DNA of 64,000 nucleotides, taken from assembly GCA_041651235.1 (NCBI GenBank), contig JBAZJQ010000001.1, forward strand, positions 558,449 to 622,448, in the 5' to 3' direction. The notes beneath the pieces were generated by a model. That model ran no database searches, was not told where the DNA came from, and worked only from the letters and a program-made list of their open reading frames with translations. This document shows, one piece after another, positions 35,136-44,144 of this stretch (position 1 is the stretch's first letter; every line of letters begins with the position of its first letter). The DNA comes from Candidatus Pacearchaeota archaeon (GTDB taxonomy: Archaea > Nanobdellota > Nanobdellia > Pacearchaeales > GW2011-AR1). The position numbers and the translations under genes are program-made.

Positions 35136-37666
35136 AAATAAAATACTTGAGTTTAATTTGTATTAGTTTTATTTTAATGCTAGTTTTAATTACTAATTTA
35201 TCTGCTGTTTGTACAGTTACTTTTGATAAAGATATTTATCATAATCAGGAAACAGTGACTGCAGCTATGTCTTGTTCAGAAGCAACTGAAAAATCAAAGA
35301 GTTATACTCTGAACTGGACAAATTCTTCTGGTTATCAATTAGAATTAGATACAGGAACAACCCCTGCTATCAGTGATACTCAATTTTTTAAAACATATGT
35401 TTTATCTCCTACATATAGTTCAGTTTATGGAGGAATTATTAATGCTACTTTAATTGGTTCTAATTTAGAAGGAAATGACTGGGCAAATGTAACTAATGCT
35501 GGTGCAAGTGATTTAGTTATTACTAATGCTAGTTTTACTTCAATTGTTTTACTTGGAAAAAGAATAGGGATAAAATTTGATATAAAAGACGAGAATAACA
35601 AAAAGATAAGTAATGCAAAATGCTCTGTTAATATCTTAGACAGTGGGAATAACCCAATAGACTCCTCTATCAGAGAATTTTATAGTTTTGATGGAAGAGC
35701 TAGTTTTACTCAAGAAATAACTAAAGATAGTTTTAATGAAGGAAGTGAATATAGAGCAGAAATTAGATGCACTTGTGGGGGAAACAACACAAATGAAGCT
35801 TGTTTTGATGAAGAGGGAACTGTAGTTATAAACAGCAAAGGAACTGCTTCTGGTCCTTTTGTTACAAATACTTGGCTGACTGTTAATACTTTAACTGATA
35901 AATCTATTTATCATATGAAAGACGAAATCTTTATTTGTGTTAATGTCACGAATGTAGATTCAAATTCTAGAGTCCCTATGCATATTTATAATCAAGTGAG
36001 ATGTAGCCGGGATTTAGACAATAATAGTGATTTAGATAGGGTTTTGATAATTTCAGATGATGAAGAACCTGATGAAAGGGGGATTTCAGTTAATACAACT
36101 CAAATGCAATGCAAAAGATTTGTTATTCCTGAATCGTCTTATTTGCAAGGGAGAAATTCACAATGTTATGCATCTACTACTGTTTGGGTTTTAGACCAAA
36201 ATAGAGAAAAAATTGTAAGCTATGCTACAACAAGTCCTGCATTTAATATAACTAGTGATGAACTAAATATAATTCCTGATTGGGAAAGAATCTCAGAATA
36301 TGTTTTTAATTCCATAATTAATTTAAGTGATTCTAATTTTGCTAATGTTAATGGAACTGGCATAGGCAATATAGATCTTAAATTACATAAAGTTTCCTCT
36401 ACAATTAAATCTTCTGAACAATATGGAGAAACAGAAATTGGTTTAGATAGTTTCGTTAACACTAAATATATAAAAAATATCACCGGGTATAACTTAACTG
36501 GTACTTTTACTCCTTATTTAGAAATTTTAGAAGATGGAAGTGTTGAAATTGAATTAAGAGATGTTGATATTTCTTCTAATGGATGGTACAATATAACTCT
36601 TGAATTTAATAGCTTTGAGGAAAGGCAAAGTTCTGCATTAGAAGGCATAGAAAACAAAACTGGAACCTTCCATTTAGATGTTAGCTGTCCTTCAACAGGA
36701 ACAATTGGAAATGATATGGATTGTGTAATTACTGCTTATGTTGAAGATTCTCAGTTAATGGAAAAAGAAGCTGATTTCACTTGTTATATTTCAGATGGGG
36801 TCTTTAGTTACAGTTCTGTTAATTTTAATCAAATGATTACAAGAACTCCTCTCTCTTTAACAAGAAGTTTTTCTGTTCCTTCTAGTTTTGTTTCTGGACA
36901 AAATTATATATTGCAGTGTTATGCAGATTATTATAATCTCGGAAGCAGAAGAGACAGCTTTTATGATACATTTATTGCTTCAACACCTGCAGAAGGAGGT
37001 GGAAGTTCAAGTGAAGGAGGTTCAGATAAAGGAATAAATGATAGTGGAAAAGCTCCAATAACTGGAGGAGTAGTTGATGAAGGAGATAATGAAACTCCTA
37101 TAAATATTATTGATTTGTTTAACGAAAAGCCTTATGTTGTTTATTTTGTCTTATTAATAGTTATACTAACTATAATTATTTTATTAATCAGGCATAGAAA
37201 ATGCAAAGATAGTTATCATGTTTCAAGCAAAACTAACTGGAAAGGTATTGTTGTTAGCATATTAAAATTCTTATTAGTTGTTATTATTTTTGCAGTTATA
37301 ATTATAGCTTTGGTTTATGGTTATCCAGCTCTTAAGAATAATTCAATACAATTGACAAGTAGTTCATATTCAATTTTGCAAGATAGCTTATTTAGAAATA
37401 TAATTTTAATAGGTTTTATTGTATTAATGATAATTATTTTGTTTAAAGCATTGAATTTAAGAGGAGAGATAAGATTTGGAGATAGCCCAAAATCTTATGA
37501 AGATAAGCAGTATTCTAAAATGCAGAATAATATTAATAAGATGGTATTAAAAAGAGAAATTGAAAGAGAAAAAGAAAGAATTAAAGATTCTTATAAAACA
37601 AGAAAAGTTTCTCCAGGAGAATTTAGCAGATTTCTTAATAAAATAGAAGATAAGATTGAAAAATAG
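35132..37666 (+). CDS. large Cys-rich surface protein with signal peptide and C-terminal TM helices
   Basis: 844 aa; signal MKIKYLSLICISFILMLVLITNLSAV; many N-x-S/T sequons; Gly/Ser linker; three C-terminal TM helices; SD AAGGAGG. Confidence 0.7.
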   Translation: MKIKYLSLICISFILMLVLITNLSAVCTVTFDKDIYHNQETVTAAMSCSEATEKSKSYTLNWTNSSGYQLELDTGTTPAISDTQFFKTYVLSPTYSSVYGGIINATLIGSNLEGNDWANVTNAGASDLVITNASFTSIVLLGKRIGIKFDIKDENNKKISNAKCSVNILDSGNNPIDSSIREFYSFDGRASFTQEITKDSFNEGSEYRAEIRCTCGGNNTNEACFDEEGTVVINSKGTASGPFVTNTWLTVNTLTDKSIYHMKDEIFICVNVTNVDSNSRVPMHIYNQVRCSRDLDNNSDLDRVLIISDDEEPDERGISVNTTQMQCKRFVIPESSYLQGRNSQCYASTTVWVLDQNREKIVSYATTSPAFNITSDELNIIPDWERISEYVFNSIINLSDSNFANVNGTGIGNIDLKLHKVSSTIKSSEQYGETEIGLDSFVNTKYIKNITGYNLTGTFTPYLEILEDGSVEIELRDVDISSNGWYNITLEFNSFEERQSSALEGIENKTGTFHLDVSCPSTGTIGNDMDCVITAYVEDSQLMEKEADFTCYISDGVFSYSSVNFNQMITRTPLSLTRSFSVPSSFVSGQNYILQCYADYYNLGSRRDSFYDTFIASTPAEGGGSSSEGGSDKGINDSGKAPITGGVVDEGDNETPINIIDLFNEKPYVVYFVLLIVILTIIILLIRHRKCKDSYHVSSKTNWKGIVVSILKFLLVVIIFAVIIIALVYGYPALKNNSIQLTSSSYSILQDSLFRNIILIGFIVLMIIILFKALNLRGEIRFGDSPKSYEDKQYSKMQNNINKMVLKREIEREKERIKDSYKTRKVSPGEFSRFLNKIEDKIEK

Positions 37667-37707
37667 GCTATAGATAATTTTTTAAAGACCTAATTTATAG
37701 GGCTTTT

Positions 37708-38187
37708 ATGGAAGAATCAGGTTTAGATAAATTAAAACAAGGTTATGAAATTCTTAAAAATAAATATAATCTGCCTAGTTTTGATGAAATGAATAAGTTA
37801 TTTGAAATAGAAGAATTATGTGATTGTGAAACTGATTTTTTAATTAGAAGAATAAGAAGAACTATTTCTGAAAGAGTTTCTGGACATTTGAGATTTGTTG
37901 AAACTTTGCTTAATCCCAGCAATGCACCAATTTTCTTTTTTAAATTAATTAAAAAACTTGATTCAGATGATAAAGAAAAGTTAAATAATATTTTAGAAGA
38001 GTTGGGCATGTTTGAGATAGACTTGGTTAAATTAGATTTGGAGTTTAATGAAGAAAAAGAAGCTGAGTTTGTTAATAATATATTTAATAGATTTTCTGAA
38101 ATAAAAAAACAGCTTTTAGAAATTGTTGATAAATTAGAAAACGGAGATAATAAAAAAGAAGATAATGAGAGAAGCTATTTTGGATGA
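37708..38187 (+). CDS. hypothetical acidic protein
   Basis: 159-aa ORF, no motif. Confidence 0.45.
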   Translation: MEESGLDKLKQGYEILKNKYNLPSFDEMNKLFEIEELCDCETDFLIRRIRRTISERVSGHLRFVETLLNPSNAPIFFFKLIKKLDSDDKEKLNNILEELGMFEIDLVKLDLEFNEEKEAEFVNNIFNRFSEIKKQLLEIVDKLENGDNKKEDNERSYFG

Positions 38188-38478
38188 TTGGGATTGATTA
38201 ACATCGGGATTAAGAGAAGTTGTTTGCAGTAACTTTAATCAATAAAATGGGCAAACAATTTGAGTTAATTTCAGGTTTTCACTAAGAAAATTGCAGATAG
38301 GCAAAAGAAATTACCTCTTAATCGCTGTTCAGGGATTTTTCAACATAAAAACATGAGTGGCGAACTAAGAGCCCTCGAGAGTCACAGATGAGTGGATGGT
38401 GGGAATGTTTGTCTAAAACCAATAGAATGAGAGAAATCACCTTTTTTGTTTCTTTTTTCCTAAAAAAGAAGTTTGTCT

Positions 38479-39104
38479 TTATCTCTTTTTTCTAAAGATT
38501 AAAAGTAAAACAATGATTAAAATCAATACTGCTAGACCATAAAATAAATACATCCCGTAACCTTCAAAATCCTAATTTGAACTTTCTTCAAAACTTAGGG
38601 CGGTAAGTGAACTATAATCTGGAATCTGTCTTTCTACAGAGCCAGTCATACCTTCTGGAGCAGAACCTCCTCCAAGAAGCAAACCAGGAGTTAGCTGCTC
38701 TTCAATATTCACTAAATCTTCATCACTAGCCCCAACAATAATGCCTTTAGCAGACAACATCTTTAAGGCTGTTGGAAGAAACTCAACTGCAGTATCTGCA
38801 TAATCTGGAGTGGTAAAAACTGAAAGATAATATTTATTTAAATCCTCGTCATATCTAACCTGGAAACCATTTCCACGACCACCTTCATCAGATAACTTAA
38901 AGATGATTGATCTCCAAGTGCTTCCATCATCAAAGATACAGGAGCCTTCTGAACAAAAACTTTCAATAGCATCCATATCTATCTTTATTTTATACCTTCA
39001 TTCAATTCAGCAAATCCAGTATTTCCTGGAACTAATGCAGAAGCCAAGTTAATTGAAAGCAAAGCTAAAAATAAAAATGTAGTAATTGAATATATATTTT
39101 TCAT
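38479..39104 (-). pseudogene. disrupted gene for a small secreted, C-terminally anchored protein (three pieces)
   Basis: Piece 1 is a 39-aa signal-peptide ORF 39104..38985 (MKNIYSITTFLFLALLSINLASA...). Piece 2 is a 134-aa body 38976..38572 in another frame; one extra A in the AAAA run would fuse them. Piece 3 follows an in-frame TAG at 38572-38574: DFEGYGMYLFYGLAVLILIIVLLLIFRKKR, a TM anchor ending at 38479. Confidence 0.5.
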
Positions 39105-39289
39105 GAAATAAATAGGTTTAAGGTATTTATAAATGTTTTTTTAACTTCAATGCTATTTGAAGTTAGTTTCATTCTATGAAATAAGAAAAATTTGGGAGAG
39201 CAATAGCGAATCTCTTAACCTTTGTTAGAAAAAGTGCGAAGCATTTTTTGAGTTTGTTTTGATTGGATAAAAGAAGTTTTTTCCTGTTT

Positions 39290-39560
39290 AGTTAGGCTAC
39301 AATCTGCTATCTAGGCGCGGGTGGTCGGGGGATGGCCTAAAGGATATTTTGCATTTTTAGTTTAGAACTTTCTTCTTCTGGGGCGGGGAATTCATTAGTT
39401 AAGCCAGATTCGAATTTGGGCGTAAGTCTGTGAACGTTTGCGCATAAGGAAAGTGCGAATGAAATGAGCATTTGGGTGAGTGAGTGCGCGAGCGAACTCT
39501 TTATGCGCTGTTCAACGAGGTGAGGACTAAGTCCGAAAGTGCAACGTCCCTTTAGCGTTT
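39290..39560. ncRNA. GC-rich non-coding island, candidate structured RNA (family not assigned)
   Basis: About 47% G+C by my count over 39301-39540, against a much lower background. No ORF of 60 aa or more in any frame. Stems GCGCATAA(39440)/TTATGCGC(39501) and GGAC-TAA-GTCC (39524-39534). GAAAGTGC[GA]A occurs three times (39230, 39449, 39535). Confidence 0.4.
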
Positions 39561-39571
39561 AGTTTGGAGCT
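39558..39571. repeat. left arm of a perfect 14-bp inverted repeat bracketing ORF 39609..39887
   Basis: TTTAGTTTGGAGCT; exact reverse complement at 39887..39900. Confidence 0.9.
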
Positions 39572-39608
39572 ACAAAAGATTAATAAGGTTGGAAATTATG
39601 AAATAATT

Positions 39609-39887
39609 ATGAAATCAATAAAAGAACTAAAGAATCCAGATATTATTACAATTAATAAAGAAAAATTTCAAGTTATTGAGAATTCAAGTGTCTGGTATCA
39701 TACAGATAGAAATGAATTAGAAATGGGAGTCGGATTAATTAAGATTGGAGAAAAAAGTATGACTCCCACACATGCCCTGCATTATATTTATGAAAAACCA
39801 GACAATATAAAATTATGGAAATTTTTCGCTTACAGTAAAGATAAAAAAGAGATGGAAGAGACTAATCTGGATTCTCATAATTTCTAA
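39609..39887 (+). CDS. hypothetical protein enclosed by the inverted repeat
   Basis: ORF-track start 39564 is a TTG inside the repeat arm; first ATG is 39609 (MKSIKELKNPD...); no motif. Confidence 0.35.
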   Translation: MKSIKELKNPDIITINKEKFQVIENSSVWYHTDRNELEMGVGLIKIGEKSMTPTHALHYIYEKPDNIKLWKFFAYSKDKKEMEETNLDSHNF

Positions 39888-39900
39888 GCTCCAAACTAAA
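39887..39900. repeat. right arm of the perfect 14-bp inverted repeat
   Basis: AGCTCCAAACTAAA, overlapping the ORF stop codon. Confidence 0.9.
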
Positions 39901-39914
39901 TGTCGATGAACATA

Positions 39915-39944
39915 ATCATATCATAACTTTAGTGATGATATGAT
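39915..39944. terminator. 10-bp perfect hairpin between convergent genes (terminator-like)
   Basis: ATCATATCAT-aactttagtg-ATGATATGAT. Confidence 0.35.
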
Positions 39945-39997
39945 ATCACTGGGAGATGTTAGTATAACTTCTAAGGGTATTTTATTTTAAAAAATAT

Positions 39998-41668
39998 TTA
40001 CATTAAATCTTCAATGTTTAGCTCTAATGTTGCAACTGGCATCTTAATTTTATTGTTCTTTAGAACATTAGGATTGGTTTCTCCTAAAATCCCAATTGAT
40101 TCCTGCTTTTTATCTTTATTAACTATTATCTCTCCTACTCTGCCTTCAATAAAACTTGAGTTTTCTGTTTCTCTTATTTCATATGTTTTATTTAGCATTT
40201 TCATTAAATAATCTAGAATTTGTTTTATTTCTGTAAAATTAGCTTTATCTGAACATATGGAAATACATAATTTTTCAGTTTCTTTTATCTGAGTTTCTGA
40301 ATTCTTGTAATCATTATCATTTTCAAATACTTTTCCTAATTCAAATAATTTTTGAGGATATTCTGCATTTGAATTTTCACTTAATATTTGAATTGATTGA
40401 GCTATTAATGAATTTCTTAAAATATTGTTTTCTGTTTTAGAATCAAGAACTTCAATTACTTTATGATTAAATTCTTTTATTGAAAGATTTTTGTATTGTT
40501 TTTCTTTTGTTGATAAATGGAATGTTGAAATTTCTTGTAATTTTAATCCAATTAAAATTTCTGATATTTTTCTCTTTAAGATAGCAAGAGGATTTTCTTC
40601 TCCAATTGTTGAAATTGCAGGGATTTCTTCTTTGAAATTGTCATAACCATATGCAATTGCTATTTCTTCTGTTAAATCAATTTCGTGAAGAATATCAGTT
40701 CTGTAGGCAGGAATTAAAGCAATAGCCTTTGTTTTTTGTTTTTCAAATCCAATACCCATTTTTTCCAATAATTTTATTATCTCTTTTTCAGTTAAGTTTA
40801 ATCCAAGTGTTTTGTTAATTGTTTCAATTGTAAATTCTAATTTTTCTGGTTCTAGGTTTGGGGATAACTCTGTTTTAGAGTCTTTTATCTCCATTTGATA
40901 GATTTTACCTTCCATATCTGCCAGAGAAGTTACAATCATGTTGAGGGTCTTTTGAAGATATTCTTTGTTAAATCCAGAGCATTCAATAAAAATATCTTTT
41001 GTATTTTCTGTTATTTTACCTGTTTTATGAGAGTTTATTATAGGGGGCATAGATAAGACTTCATTATTTGCATCTTGGAAAATTGGGAATAATTCATAAT
41101 CTTTTAGTAAATTTCCATATTCTCTTCCTGCTGGATGTTGAGATAAAATCTGTTTTCCTGTTATTTCTTTTGGAAATTCTAGTGGCTGGAATTTAATTTC
41201 TTCTGGTTTTTTAGCTAAAAAAGTAATTGGAAGTTTTATTGATTCTAATGGATAAATTCCAATTGCTAGTTTTTTTCTGTTTCTTCCATAACTTGCATGA
41301 AGTTTTTCTTGAATATCAATTATGTTTTTTATTTTTTCATCATTTAGTTTTAATCCCCTTACAATAGCACAAGCTGTAAATGGCCTTACATTTTTAACTG
41401 ATTTATCTATTGTTACTTTGAAATCTTTTTCTGGTTTTTCTAGTTTATATTTTTTAATTTCTGGTTTTTTTAAGAAACAACTTAGTGCTCTTGCAAATCC
41501 CTGAAAAGACAATAAATCTGGCCTGTTTGGGAAAACTTCGACACTTATTTCACTTTCACTTATTTCTTCAACAGGAGTTCCAAACATAGTTATTTTGTTT
41601 TCAATTTCAGATGTTATTTTTCCTATTTCTTTTTCAAGTTCTTTTTTGTTTAGTGTTAAGATTGTCAT
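39998..41668 (-). CDS. pheT: phenylalanyl-tRNA synthetase beta subunit (archaeal type)
   Basis: MTILTLNKKELEK...VEVFPNRPDLLSFQGFARAL (B3_4/B5 region), 556 aa. Confidence 0.9.
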   Translation of the reverse strand: MTILTLNKKELEKEIGKITSEIENKITMFGTPVEEISESEISVEVFPNRPDLLSFQGFARALSCFLKKPEIKKYKLEKPEKDFKVTIDKSVKNVRPFTACAIVRGLKLNDEKIKNIIDIQEKLHASYGRNRKKLAIGIYPLESIKLPITFLAKKPEEIKFQPLEFPKEITGKQILSQHPAGREYGNLLKDYELFPIFQDANNEVLSMPPIINSHKTGKITENTKDIFIECSGFNKEYLQKTLNMIVTSLADMEGKIYQMEIKDSKTELSPNLEPEKLEFTIETINKTLGLNLTEKEIIKLLEKMGIGFEKQKTKAIALIPAYRTDILHEIDLTEEIAIAYGYDNFKEEIPAISTIGEENPLAILKRKISEILIGLKLQEISTFHLSTKEKQYKNLSIKEFNHKVIEVLDSKTENNILRNSLIAQSIQILSENSNAEYPQKLFELGKVFENDNDYKNSETQIKETEKLCISICSDKANFTEIKQILDYLMKMLNKTYEIRETENSSFIEGRVGEIIVNKDKKQESIGILGETNPNVLKNNKIKMPVATLELNIEDLM

Positions 41669-41988
41669 TTTTTCTTAATTAAATTTTCAATATTATTTAA
41701 TTTATTGTCTATTATATTAAATTTATAATTAATATTTTTTAATTCCCCTTTAATTCTTTCAAATCCAACAGCAGTATGTTTATCAATTGAAAATAATTTT
41801 TTCCATAATAATAGTTCTGAAGATCCTGCAAAAGTGATTATTCCAATTATGGCTCCTGTTTCTGTTGGTGAGCCATGAAGGAGCCATAAAGCTATGCTTA
41901 TCATTCCAATTATAATTAACCAGAATATTATATCTTCAAATTTTATTGTTGCTTTTTTATTTTCCATTTTACCTAAATAATAATGCAT
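41665..41988 (-). CDS. small membrane protein
   Basis: 107 aa, two TM helices; overlaps the pheT start by 4 nt. Confidence 0.4.
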   Translation of the reverse strand: MHYYLGKMENKKATIKFEDIIFWLIIIGMISIALWLLHGSPTETGAIIGIITFAGSSELLLWKKLFSIDKHTAVGFERIKGELKNINYKFNIIDNKLNNIENLIKKK

Positions 41989-42151
41989 ATATGCCTAATG
42001 CTATTAGGGCAAATATTAATATCCAAAATAATATATCTGTTATTTTCATTTTTCCTTTATAGCAGCTATTAGCTCATCAAACTTGTTATTTATTGTTTCT
42101 TCTAAACTTTCTAAAACATCTCTTATTTCTTCAAGTTCTGTTTTTGTTTCT

Positions 42152-42520
42152 TCAGTCATTTTTATTGTCAATACCTCCTGCTAATTTATTTGCATGCCCT
42201 ACTTTTTTCATTACTTCTGGAGGCATTCTTTTTTCATATTCTTCTAATGTGTTTGCAATTGCTTTTTCTGCATCAACTCCTGTTTGGTTTGCTATTTTTA
42301 ATAATAAAAATAAAGTATCTCCAATATAATCTGAAACTTCCTCTTGTTTTTCATTTAATATTTGTTTTTGTTTTTCATCATTAATCCATTTTATTAAATT
42401 CCATAACTCTCCTCCTTCTTCAGTTATGTTTAATAATAAATCTTTAATATTCCAATCATCTTCCCAACCTCTTGCTTTATCAAATTCTTTTATTTTGTCT
42501 TGAGCTTCTTTTAATTCCAT
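42152..42520 (-). CDS. MazG-like nucleotide pyrophosphohydrolase
   Basis: FDKARGWEDDWNIKDLLLNITEEGGELWN...EEVSDYIGDTLFLLLKIANQTGVD (EExxE/D metal motifs). Confidence 0.7.
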   Translation of the reverse strand: MELKEAQDKIKEFDKARGWEDDWNIKDLLLNITEEGGELWNLIKWINDEKQKQILNEKQEEVSDYIGDTLFLLLKIANQTGVDAEKAIANTLEEYEKRMPPEVMKKVGHANKLAGGIDNKND

Positions 42521-44037
42521 TATTTCCTCCAGATTTTTTGGGTTCTTAATTTATTTAAATCATTTCCATACATTTCTCTTAAATCAGTTATATTAAAGAA
42601 TTCCATTATTATTCTATCAAAGCCAGGGCCCCAAGCTAATACTGGAATATGTTTTCCAAAAAATGGAATTGTAACTTCTGGCCTGAACATTCCTGCTCCT
42701 CCAAATTCAACCCATTTTTTATGAATTGGATGGAAAACATCAATTTCCAAGCTAGGTTCTGTATATGGGAAATATCCTGGACGAATTCTTATTTTTTCAT
42801 AACCCATTTTTTCAAAGAATTCCTTTAAATAACCTAATAACTGCCTGAAATTTGCATTTTCATCAACTACAATTCCTTCTGTTTGATTAAATTCAAATCC
42901 ATGGGACCAGTCAACTGTTTCATTTCTAAAGCATTTTCCTAATGCAAAATATTTAGCTGGAAATTCTTTATTTTCTGCTATTTTCTTTAAAGTTTGAGCA
43001 GATAAACAAGTTGTATGAGTCCTCATTACTACTTTTTTTGCATCTTGTTCATTCCATTCATAATTCCAGCCTTTGCTTCCTTTTATTTTTCCTTCATGAG
43101 CTGCTTTAATTTCTTCTATTAGTTTTTTTTCAGGAAGTTTAGCTTCTTTATTTTTAATAAAAAAAGTATCTTGCATTTCTCTTACTGGATGATCTTGAGC
43201 TGTAAATAAAGAATCAAAATTCCAAAATCCTGATTGAATTAAATTACCTGTCATTTCTTTGAAACCCATTTCTAACCAGATTTTTTTTGCATAATCTGTT
43301 GCTTGATTAACAAAATGTTTTTTTCCACCATAGATTCTTGGAACAGGACTTTGAATATCATATCTTCTGAATTTTTTACCTTTACACCCATTGGATTTAA
43401 GCATTTGAGGTGTAACAGCTTCTATTAAATCATCTTTTTTTAAATCTTGACTCATTAGTTCTTCTCCTAATTTTGTTAGATTTATTTCAGTTGTTTTTTT
43501 ATCCTGCATATCAATTATATTTTTTCTTGATTTTAAATTTTCAAATGCAAATTTTTCTTCTGGTTTTAAATCATTTAGATTTCTAGGAAGGGATTCTAAG
43601 AATTGCTCTTCAAATGATTTTTTAGAAATTTCTTCTTTTGTTCCTGAAAGCATTAAATTTCCATTTATAACATTGACAAGTGCTTTTCTTTTTAAAACTC
43701 CTAAAGCTGCTTTAAATTCATTATCATTAAGCTTTGTTTGTTTTTGAGCTTCTTGCAATGAAATAGAATTTTTTTCAGAAATTATATTCATAAGATTTCT
43801 TTCTGGAAGTCCCTTTTTTACATACAAAAGTCCATTTATTCCTAATTCAATTAGTTTTTCTTGTTTTGAGCTTATTTCAACTATCTTTTTATTAGATAAG
43901 AATTCTAATGCTCTTAGTATAGCTACTTCCTCTAAATTAGTCTCTTCCTTTATTTTATCTAAACTCTCTTTTAAATAAGGTATTATTTTTCTTTCATTAG
44001 GGGATAAAGATTCAATAAGCTTGTTTAAATTATCCAT
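42520..44037 (-). CDS. pheS: phenylalanyl-tRNA synthetase alpha subunit (archaeal type)
   Basis: Class II motifs: HPVREMQDTFF, MRTHTTCLS, GKCFRNE, GFEFNQTEG, AWGPGFDRI. Confidence 0.9.
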   Translation of the reverse strand: MDNLNKLIESLSPNERKIIPYLKESLDKIKEETNLEEVAILRALEFLSNKKIVEISSKQEKLIELGINGLLYVKKGLPERNLMNIISEKNSISLQEAQKQTKLNDNEFKAALGVLKRKALVNVINGNLMLSGTKEEISKKSFEEQFLESLPRNLNDLKPEEKFAFENLKSRKNIIDMQDKKTTEINLTKLGEELMSQDLKKDDLIEAVTPQMLKSNGCKGKKFRRYDIQSPVPRIYGGKKHFVNQATDYAKKIWLEMGFKEMTGNLIQSGFWNFDSLFTAQDHPVREMQDTFFIKNKEAKLPEKKLIEEIKAAHEGKIKGSKGWNYEWNEQDAKKVVMRTHTTCLSAQTLKKIAENKEFPAKYFALGKCFRNETVDWSHGFEFNQTEGIVVDENANFRQLLGYLKEFFEKMGYEKIRIRPGYFPYTEPSLEIDVFHPIHKKWVEFGGAGMFRPEVTIPFFGKHIPVLAWGPGFDRIIMEFFNITDLREMYGNDLNKLRTQKIWRK

Positions 44038-44144
44038 TTTATTAAATAGATTAAGTGTTTTATAAATTTATTTAGTTGAAATAACTTAAATGATATATAT
44101 AAGTTTATAATAATGTATTTAAATGTAAGTTTGTTAATTAATAT

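Noticed and set aside
38572-38574. In-frame TAG as a recoded sense codon (for example pyrrolysine) or a genome-wide reassignment
   Set aside because: TAG terminates other ORFs here at sensible positions (for example the NUDIX gene at 1914-1916 and 7453-7455). The same gene also carries a frameshift, so decay is the simpler explanation.
39404-39419. T-arm-like CCAGATTCGAATTTGG as part of a tRNA or tRNA half
   Set aside because: It folds best as a palindrome with a 6-nt loop, not a 7-nt T-loop. No acceptor, D or anticodon arms could be built around it.
39446-39546. Calling the GC-rich island RNase P RNA outright
   Set aside because: Only a near-match to CR-I (GGAAAGUGC versus GGAAAGUCC) and a GUGCAAC element were seen. 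I found no CR-V/P4 3' strand or CR-II/III, so it is kept as an unassigned candidate.
39558-39900. IS element or MITE call for the inverted-repeat-flanked ORF
   Set aside because: No transposase motifs (DDE, HUH, serine or tyrosine recombinase), no recognisable target-site duplication, and only one copy in the window.
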